A stretch of 64,000 nucleotides of DNA from an uncultured Clostridia bacterium (GTDB lineage Bacteria > Bacillota > Clostridia > Peptostreptococcales > Anaerovoracaceae): the NCBI GenBank assembly GCA_934256595.1, contig CAKQOW010000004.1, forward strand, positions 988 to 64,987. The letters are read 5' to 3'. The notes under the pieces were generated by a model. It saw only the letters and a program-made list of their open reading frames with translations, ran no database searches and had not been told where the DNA came from. The position numbers were made by a program, and so were the translations under genes. Below, piece by piece: positions 56,261 to 64,000 of the stretch. Positions within the stretch are counted from its first letter, which is position 1. Every line of letters starts with the position of its first letter.

Positions 56261-56545
56261 ATCAATTACCTCCTAAATAAAAACTCTCTGCCCCGTAATG
56301 GGACAGAGAGGTAAATCTCTGCTATACCACCCAATACAAGTGCAGCATACAAACATATGCCTTCTCTGTTACGGGAGAACCCGTCAGAGCCTACTTTAAA
56401 AACAATTTCGGTCTGCAACTCAGGAGTGATTTTCGTATTCCGGCTTTCTTGTACCGGGCTCTCACTGTCTCCGGCTCGCTGTGAGCTCTGTCTGGAATAT
56501 TACTCTCTCCGTCAAAGTCTTTGGTATTGAATTATTGATTTACAT
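56261..56545 (-). promoter_or_regulatory. T-box leader (candidate Ile AUC specifier)
   Basis: Features on the minus strand are as follows. -35 TTGACA (56576-56571). K-turn-like TGACGGAGAGAGTA. Stem TATTCC/GGAATA followed by CGAAA-AUC-A (AUC at 56430-56428), then CTCC pairing back to GGAG. T-box TGGGTGGTATAGC (56333-56321). Terminator CTCTCTGTCCC-attac-GGGGCAGAGAG-TTTTT (56310-56279). The CAGAG/CTCTG alternative pairing fits an antiterminator. Confidence 0.7.
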
Positions 56546-56828
56546 ATACCTTAAACCATACAGAGTGGCTTGTCAAGAATAAATTGTGACAAAACAACAA
56601 AAAAATCTAAAAAAGTTTGTGCGTATGGATTAATGAAAAAGGCAAGTCGTGTGAGAATTTTCAGATAAAATTTTCTGCTATATATAAATTGTAGAAAAAA
56701 AGACGAAAGTGCGGCAGAAGTGAAAAAAATGCAAAAAACTATAATTAAAACACAAAAAAACGGTTGACTTTTTGTTGCGAGTAAATAATAATTATAGATG
56801 TCAAATGAAATTATGAGGAGGAAAAGGC

Positions 56829-58496
56829 ATGAAGATGACGGGTGCGGAAATGGCAGTAGAGATATTGCTTGAGCATAATGTAGACACTATATTCGGCTAT
56901 CCCGGCGGTGCGGCACTGTTCATATATGATGCGCTGTACAAATACAAAGACAGAATAAAACACGTACTTACAGCTCACGAACAGGGTGCTTCACACGCTG
57001 CTGACGGATATGCAAGATCAACGGGGAAAACAGGCGTCGTCCTAGCTACAAGCGGACCGGGAGCAACCAATCTGGTCACAGGAATAGCGACGGCGTATAT
57101 GGACAGCATTCCTATGGTCATTATTACTGCAAATGTTGCAAACAGCCTGATAGGCCGAGACGCATTTCAGGAAACCTGTATAACAGGCATTACATTCCCT
57201 GTTACCAAACACAGTTACTTTGTAAACAGGACAGACGAGCTGGCAGACGCCCTCAGAAATGCCTTCAGAATAGCAAATGAGGGAAGAAAGGGCCCTGTTC
57301 TTGTAGACATCACCAAGGACGTTACGGGAGCAATGGTTGATTACCAGCCGGCGCCTAACTGCGAACTCAAAAAAGTGCGGCCGGAGGAGCTTGACAAAAA
57401 AATAGCCTCGTTTGCAAAATATATAAACAAGGCGGAGAAGCCGGTGCTTTACTTAGGCGGCGGCGTTATTGCCTCAGAGGCTTCCGAAGAGGTTATGCGT
57501 CTTATGGAAAAGGCCGATATTCCGGCAGTAAATTCCATGATGGCGGCGGGAGCGGTTCCGGTTACAGACCACAGATCATTCGGAATGCTGGGAATGCACG
57601 GTTCCTATGCAGCCAACAAATGCATTGCAGAGGCGGATCTGGTGCTTGCGGTAGGCACAAGGTTCAGCGACAGAGTTGCGCTTAACCCTAAGAAATTCGC
57701 ATCAAAGGCAAAAATACTTCAGATTGATATAGATAAGAGTGAGGTAAGCAAAAACGTTACAGTAAATGATGCCATAGTAGGCGACTGCAGGGAGGTCTTA
57801 GAGGAGCTCATTCCTGAAATACAGTCTGCGGACCATTCAGAATGGATAGCGCAGATTAACAGATGGAATCAAGAGCATCCGCTTAAGATTACAGGCTATG
57901 ACGATGTGCTTAATCCTCAGCAGATAATCCGGACCGTATGTGACAGGGCCGGAGAGGATGCAATATATGTTACAGACGTGGGACAGCATCAGATGTGGTC
58001 GGCGCAGTACATAAACCACCAGAAGCCAAGACACTTCCTTACAAGCGGAGGCCTTGGAACCATGGGCTTCGGATACGGAGCTGCCATAGGCGCTCAGTTT
58101 GGAAATCAGGACAAGAGAGTTATTCACTTCACAGGCGACGGCTCTTTCCATATGAATTTAAACGAGGCGTGTACGGCGGTATCAAACAGCCTGCCGATTA
58201 TAACCGTTATAATGAACAACAGCGTGCTGGGTATGGTATACCAGTGGCAGACAGACTTCTACGGCGGCAGATACTCTCAGACAACTCCTGAGAGAAAAAC
58301 AGACTTCGTGAAGCTGATTGAAGCTTTCGGAGGCACAGGCTACAGAGCTGAAACCTACGATGAATTCTGTCAGGTTCTCGACAAAGCATTTAAAGCAGAG
58401 GGTCCTGTATGGATTGACTGCCGTATTGTACAGAACGAAAAGGTTCTTCCGATGATACCTAACGGAATGACCGTTGAAGATTCTATATTTGAATAG
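56829..58496 (+). CDS. ilvB: Acetolactate synthase large subunit
   Basis: GYPGGA, GPGATN, and the TPP motif GDGSFHMNLNE. Confidence 0.93.
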   Translation: MKMTGAEMAVEILLEHNVDTIFGYPGGAALFIYDALYKYKDRIKHVLTAHEQGASHAADGYARSTGKTGVVLATSGPGATNLVTGIATAYMDSIPMVIITANVANSLIGRDAFQETCITGITFPVTKHSYFVNRTDELADALRNAFRIANEGRKGPVLVDITKDVTGAMVDYQPAPNCELKKVRPEELDKKIASFAKYINKAEKPVLYLGGGVIASEASEEVMRLMEKADIPAVNSMMAAGAVPVTDHRSFGMLGMHGSYAANKCIAEADLVLAVGTRFSDRVALNPKKFASKAKILQIDIDKSEVSKNVTVNDAIVGDCREVLEELIPEIQSADHSEWIAQINRWNQEHPLKITGYDDVLNPQQIIRTVCDRAGEDAIYVTDVGQHQMWSAQYINHQKPRHFLTSGGLGTMGFGYGAAIGAQFGNQDKRVIHFTGDGSFHMNLNEACTAVSNSLPIITVIMNNSVLGMVYQWQTDFYGGRYSQTTPERKTDFVKLIEAFGGTGYRAETYDEFCQVLDKAFKAEGPVWIDCRIVQNEKVLPMIPNGMTVEDSIFE

Positions 58497-58507
58497 AAAG
58501 AGAGGAG

Positions 58508-58987
58508 ATGTCTATGAAAAGAGAAGTAGTCAGCATATATGTTGATAACAAGGCAAATGTCCTTTCAAGAGTTGTAAGTCTTTACGGCAGAAGAGGATTT
58601 AACATTGATTCGCTTACGGTATCTGCAACCAACAACCCTGATGTATCACGAATAACCATTGTGTTTACGGGAGATACGATTACGGTTCAGCAGATAGTGT
58701 CGCAGACCGAGAAGCTGGAGGTTGTCAGAGGCATCAAGCTCCTTGACAAAAAAGAAAGCTTTTTCAGAGAACTTCTGATGATCAAGATAAACGCCGGCAA
58801 GGAGCAGCGCAGCGAGATTAAGGAAATCGTCGATATCTACAGAGCAAAGATTATAAATCTCACAAAGGAAACAATAGTTTTAGAGATAACAGGAAGCCCC
58901 GACAAGCTGGACGGATTCCTGGATATGCTCTCGGATTATGAAATAGTTGATATATGCAGAACCGGTATTACCGGTATCGAAAAATAA
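58508..58987 (+). CDS. ilvN: Acetolactate synthase small (regulatory) subunit
   Basis: ACT-type N-terminus VDNKANVLSRVVSLYGRRGFNIDSLTV. Confidence 0.9.
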   Translation: MSMKREVVSIYVDNKANVLSRVVSLYGRRGFNIDSLTVSATNNPDVSRITIVFTGDTITVQQIVSQTEKLEVVRGIKLLDKKESFFRELLMIKINAGKEQRSEIKEIVDIYRAKIINLTKETIVLEITGSPDKLDGFLDMLSDYEIVDICRTGITGIEK

Positions 58988-58994
58988 AGTATAA

Positions 58995-60011
<1,017 letters not shown>

Positions 60012-60022
60012 AGGAGAAAACA

Positions 60023-61687
60023 ATGACTTTAAGAAGCAGACAGGTCACAGAGGGCGTTGAAAAAGCCCCTATGAGAAGCTTATTCTATGCAATGGGATAT
60101 ACAAAAGAGGAGCTGGAAAAACCACTGGTTGCAGTGGTTTCAGCTCACAGTGAAATAGTGCCGGGACATATGCACCTTGACAAGATTACAGAGGCAGTCA
60201 AGGCAGGCGTGCGCATGGCGGGAGGAACTCCGATAATGGTTCCTGCCATCGGCGTATGCGACGGTATTGCCATGGGACATATCGGTATGAAATATTCGCT
60301 TGCAAGCCGCGAGCTTATAGCAGACAGCGTGGAAACTATGATTATGGCTCACGCCTTTGACGGAGCCGTGCTTGTTCCAAACTGCGACAAAATCGTTCCA
60401 GGTATGGTTATGGCGGCTGTCAGAATGAACATTCCCGCAGTTGTATGCTCAGGCGGCCCTATGATGTCAGGACTTGTAGACGGCGTTGAAACTAGCCTTT
60501 CCAAGATGTTTGAGGCGGTAGGCGCCAGAAAGGCGGGCATTATAGATGACGAGGGACTTCTGGAATACGAACAGAATGTATGTCCGGGCTGCGGTTCCTG
60601 CTCGGGAATGTATACCGCAAACAGTATGAACTGTCTGTGCGAGGCTATCGGAATTGCGCTTCCGGGAAACGGCAGCATACCGGCTGTTACAAGCAAGAGA
60701 ATTATGCTTGCAAAGCATGCGGGTATGGCAGTTATGAACCTTATCGAAAACGACATCAGGGCAAGAGATATAATCACTGAGAAATCAGTAAGAAACGCTA
60801 TAGCCTGCGATATGGCGCTGGGCTGCTCGTCAAACAGCGTGCTGCATCTTCTGGCTATTGCCAATGAGGCGGGACTTGATATCGACCTTAACGTATTCAA
60901 CGAGATAAGCAGTGTTACTCCTAACCTGTGCCATCTGGCGCCGGCAGGCGGAACTCATATGCATGATCTTAACAATGGCGGCGGAGTTCCTGCGGTAATG
61001 GCTCAGCTTGCCTCAAAGGGACTGATAGATACAGAGCTTCCTACGGTAACAGGCAAAACTGTGGGAGAGAACATTGCAGATGCCAGAATATTAAATAACG
61101 AAGCAATCAGACCTATAGACAATCCGTACAGTGAAACCGGCGGAATAGCAATTCTGTGGGGCAACATCGCAAAGGACGGCTGCGTTGTCAAGAGAAGCGC
61201 GGTGGCGCCTGAAATGCTGGTACATTCAGGACCTGCCAGAGTATTTGACAGTGAAGAGGACGCAATAGCTGCAATATATGCAGGCGATATCAGGGACGGA
61301 CAGGTGGTCGTAATCAGATACGAGGGTCCGAAAGGCGGTCCGGGAATGAGAGAAATGCTCAACCCTACAAGCGCACTTGCAGGCATGGGTCTTGACAGGA
61401 CAGTAGCTCTCATAACCGACGGCAGGTTCAGCGGCGCCAGCAGAGGCGCGTCAATAGGACACGTAAGTCCTGAGGCGGCAGACGGCGGTCTGATCGGGCT
61501 TGTTCAGGAGGGAGATATCATAGATATAGATATTCCTTCATATTCAATAAATGTCAGAGTTTCAGATGAAGAATTTGAAAACAGAAAGAAAACTTATGTA
61601 AAACCTGAGCCTAAAGTAAAGGGCGGGTGGCTTGAGAGATATTCAAGACTTGTATCATCTGCCAATACAGGCGCAGTTCTTAAATAG
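60023..61687 (+). CDS. ilvD: Dihydroxy-acid dehydratase
   Basis: [32 protein letters not shown]. Confidence 0.95.
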   Translation: MTLRSRQVTEGVEKAPMRSLFYAMGYTKEELEKPLVAVVSAHSEIVPGHMHLDKITEAVKAGVRMAGGTPIMVPAIGVCDGIAMGHIGMKYSLASRELIADSVETMIMAHAFDGAVLVPNCDKIVPGMVMAAVRMNIPAVVCSGGPMMSGLVDGVETSLSKMFEAVGARKAGIIDDEGLLEYEQNVCPGCGSCSGMYTANSMNCLCEAIGIALPGNGSIPAVTSKRIMLAKHAGMAVMNLIENDIRARDIITEKSVRNAIACDMALGCSSNSVLHLLAIANEAGLDIDLNVFNEISSVTPNLCHLAPAGGTHMHDLNNGGGVPAVMAQLASKGLIDTELPTVTGKTVGENIADARILNNEAIRPIDNPYSETGGIAILWGNIAKDGCVVKRSAVAPEMLVHSGPARVFDSEEDAIAAIYAGDIRDGQVVVIRYEGPKGGPGMREMLNPTSALAGMGLDRTVALITDGRFSGASRGASIGHVSPEAADGGLIGLVQEGDIIDIDIPSYSINVRVSDEEFENRKKTYVKPEPKVKGGWLERYSRLVSSANTGAVLK

Positions 61688-61707
61688 ACGGAAAAGAGGA
61701 CAAAGAG

Positions 61708-62778
61708 ATGAGTAATAGATTTAGTGTAGAGTTAACCAAAAATCCAAAGCAGAAGCCGGATCCGGACAGCCTCAGATTCGGTACAGTTTTTACAGATCAT
61801 ATGTTTGTTATGGATTATGATCCCGAAAACGGCTGGCATGACGGCAAAATAGTTCCTTACGGTCCTTTAGCTCTTGATCCTGCAACAGTGGTTTTCCATT
61901 ACGGACAGGAAATGTTCGAGGGTCTTAAGGCTTACAAGACCAAAGAGGGCAAGGTTCAGCTTTTCAGACCTGATATGAATGCAAAGAGAACCAACAGCAC
62001 CAACAAGAGAATGTGCATACCGCAGATTGATGAGCAGGTTTATATTGATGCAATCAAAGAGCTTGTTGCGGTAGATAAGGACTGGATACCTCAGAAACCG
62101 GATACAGCGCTGTATATCAGACCGTTTATCATCGGTACGGACAAATTCTTAGGTGTTGCGGCTTCAAATACATACAAATTTATTATAATACTCAGTCCTG
62201 TAGGACCGTACTATGAAAGCGGACTTGCCCCTACCAGAATTTATGTTGAAAACGAGTTCGTAAGATCAGCTCCGGGCGGTACAGGCTATGCAAAAATCGG
62301 AGGCAACTATGCGGCTGCAATGATAGCCGAGCAGAAGGCTCACGATATGGGATACGATCAGGTACTGTGGCTTGATGCCAAAGAGGGCAAATACGTAGAA
62401 GAAATCGGTACATCAAATGCATTCTTCAAGATTGACGGAGAGCTTTATACAGCTCCGCTTGAGGGCACAATCCTTCCGGGTATCACAAGAGACTCTATGA
62501 TAACCGTAATGAAGGACTGGGGCTACAAGGTAAATGAAGTGAGGTTTACTATAGAAGATGTATTCAAGGCATCAGAGGAAGGCAGACTTGAAGAGATATT
62601 TGCAACAGGTACGGCTGCTGTAATATCACCGGTAGGAGAGCTTTACTGGAACGACAGGCATATTGTTATAAACAACAATGAAATCGGAGAGCTGTCACAG
62701 AAGCTTTACGATGAGCTTTACGGAATTCAGACAGGAGAGAAAGCCGATACAAGAGGCTGGATCGTCCCTGTAGAATAA
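61708..62778 (+). CDS. ilvE: Branched-chain amino acid aminotransferase (class IV)
   Basis: FEGLKAY, a YIRP-type motif (LYIRPF), GTGYAKIGGNYA. 356 aa. Confidence 0.93.
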   Translation: MSNRFSVELTKNPKQKPDPDSLRFGTVFTDHMFVMDYDPENGWHDGKIVPYGPLALDPATVVFHYGQEMFEGLKAYKTKEGKVQLFRPDMNAKRTNSTNKRMCIPQIDEQVYIDAIKELVAVDKDWIPQKPDTALYIRPFIIGTDKFLGVAASNTYKFIIILSPVGPYYESGLAPTRIYVENEFVRSAPGGTGYAKIGGNYAAAMIAEQKAHDMGYDQVLWLDAKEGKYVEEIGTSNAFFKIDGELYTAPLEGTILPGITRDSMITVMKDWGYKVNEVRFTIEDVFKASEEGRLEEIFATGTAAVISPVGELYWNDRHIVINNNEIGELSQKLYDELYGIQTGEKADTRGWIVPVE

Positions 62779-62795
62779 AAGAATATATATACTGA

Positions 62796-62830
62796 CAGAC
62801 AGGCAGAACCGAAAGGTTCTGTCTGTTTTT
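62796..62830 (+). terminator. Intrinsic terminator after ilvE
   Basis: CAGAACC-gaaa-GGTTCTG, extended by ACAG/CTGT, followed by TTTTT. Confidence 0.7.
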
Positions 62831-62937
62831 GGAGAAAAACTTTTGCCGGTCTGAAATCTCATTTTTGTCAAGTGGGACGCTGCAAATGTTTAAATATCAA
62901 CGGATTGAGGAGATTACAGAAAAAAATAAAAAAGGAA

Positions 62938-63056
62938 TTGACTGTAAAAACGGGGTGTAGTAAAATGGTAGCATAGAAAAATTGTAAAGACGCACAGATA
63001 AGCCGTTTAGGCTGAATTGATTTTCAGCTTAAGCGGTTTTTTGCTGTGCGTTTTTT
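62938..63056 (+). promoter_or_regulatory. Promoter and long terminator-like hairpin in the 5' leader of the Rpn gene
   Basis: TTGACT (62938-62943), 17 nt, TAAAAT (62961-62966). CCGTTTAGGCTGAA (63003-63016) pairs with TTCAGCTTAAGCGG (63023-63036) and is followed by TTTTTT. An outer GCACAG/CTGTGC pair is followed by GTTTTTT. Confidence 0.5.
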
Positions 63057-63091
63057 GCTTTCTGAAAACAAAAAGAAAAGGAGAAATAAAA

Positions 63092-63979
63092 ATGAACAAG
63101 AGAAAACGAAAAAAGAAGAAACAAACTAAGAAAAAACAAAATGAAAGCACACAGAACAAGGAAGATTTCAGACCGTTTACAAATGACTTTGTATTCGCTC
63201 TGGTAATGAGGGACCCCGGTATCTGCAAAGGAATTGTAGAGCTTATACTTCCCGATGAGGAAATAGGAGAAGTGAAAATAGCAACGGCAGATAATTCCCT
63301 GCTTGACAATGCAAAGGAGCCGGAGGTAGTACCGCAGGCAAGCCTTGATTTCGGAAAAGATATGCGCGGAGTGAGATTTGACGCATATGTAAAAACCGCA
63401 AATGAATGGATTGATATTGAAATGCAGACAACCAATAAGCATGATATTGAGAAGAGGAGCAGATATTATCAGGTTCTCATGGACACTGACTGCCTTGAAA
63501 AAGGCAGTAAATTCAAGGATCTGAAAACCACCTATGTCGTGTTTATATGCACATTTGACTACTTCAGCCTTGATGAGCCGATATATGTTGTGGAAAGCTA
63601 TATTCGCAAGAACAACTTGCATTTTGATGACGGGACAAGTAAAATATTATTGAATACAAAATGCTCTCCGGCTAAGGTGCCGGAGAAGCTGAGGGCATTT
63701 TATGCATATATAAATGACCCGGCTAAGGTAGGGAGTAAACTGATTGAAGATATTAATGAACGTGTTGAAGAATACAATACAAAGGAATGGAGGGAGAAAT
63801 TCGTGACATTAGAATATATGATTGCTGAAGCAAAAGAGGAAGGTCTTGCAGAGGGTGAGGCTTCCGGCAGAGCAGAGCGTGAGATTGAGATGGCTAGGGC
63901 AATGAAAGAGAAGAAGTATTCTATTGATGAAATATCAGAACTGACAGGACTGTCTGCAGAGGAGATAGAGAAGCTATAG
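63092..63979 (+). CDS. Rpn-family PD-(D/E)XK recombination-promoting nuclease / putative transposase (full length)
   Basis: The ATG at 63092 is preceded by AAAGGAGAA. It has a Lys-rich N-terminal tail. The core reads ...FDAYVKT...IDIEMQT...KRSRYY.... It is a paralogue of the truncated copy at 1..622. Confidence 0.75.
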   Translation: MNKRKRKKKKQTKKKQNESTQNKEDFRPFTNDFVFALVMRDPGICKGIVELILPDEEIGEVKIATADNSLLDNAKEPEVVPQASLDFGKDMRGVRFDAYVKTANEWIDIEMQTTNKHDIEKRSRYYQVLMDTDCLEKGSKFKDLKTTYVVFICTFDYFSLDEPIYVVESYIRKNNLHFDDGTSKILLNTKCSPAKVPEKLRAFYAYINDPAKVGSKLIEDINERVEEYNTKEWREKFVTLEYMIAEAKEEGLAEGEASGRAEREIEMARAMKEKKYSIDEISELTGLSAEEIEKL

Positions 63980-64000
63980 TAAAGTACATTGATTAAGGTA

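Noticed and set aside
56729-56767. Mini-ORF MQKTIIKTQKNG upstream of ilvB as a possible Ile/Thr leader peptide
   Set aside because: It has only two Ile codons and a weak SD. Its stop overlaps the -35 of the best ilvB promoter candidate. No terminator hairpin lies between it and ilvB.

Overview
This is a chromosomal segment from a low-GC Firmicute, Clostridia-like judging by SD-dependent starts, T-box leaders, a CIRCE operator and the gene content. All calls come from reading the sequence and remembering family motifs; no searches were run. The window is mostly amino-acid metabolism. It holds an 8-gene aromatic supraoperon (pheA-aroF-tyrA-aroB-aroA-aroC-[CM-aroE-aroK fusion]-aroQ), a livJHMGF-type branched-chain amino-acid importer, leuABCD, ilvBNCDE, a four-subunit 2-oxoacid:ferredoxin oxidoreductase and a phenylacetate-CoA ligase plus ACT pair. 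Housekeeping genes are also present (htpG, deoC, an L,D-transpeptidase, sfsA, lgt, ychF). Two about 90% identical Rpn-type PD-(D/E)XK nuclease paralogues sit at the two window edges. No rRNA, tRNA or CRISPR array was seen. The points most worth a second look are listed here. (1) Two tandem orphan double-glycine (Nif11-like) leader peptides have long unrelated cores and no transporter or maturase nearby. (2) A TnpB-only IS200/IS605-type element sits after codon 5 of a NADAR gene, and removing it restores the reading frame. (3) Three different amino-acid-sensing leaders occur: a Phe/Tyr-rich leader peptide (aro operon), a Leu-rich leader peptide (leu operon), and two T-boxes with candidate Phe and Ile specifiers on paaK and on the oxidoreductase. 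(4) A G11 homopolymer lies in the spacer of the promoter of a duplicated ABC-type membrane module. (5) A type I toxin-antitoxin-like locus carries a duplicated convergent small-RNA unit. (6) A TetR-linked cluster encodes an FGGY kinase, a class II aldolase, GtrA and a class III aminotransferase of unknown pathway.
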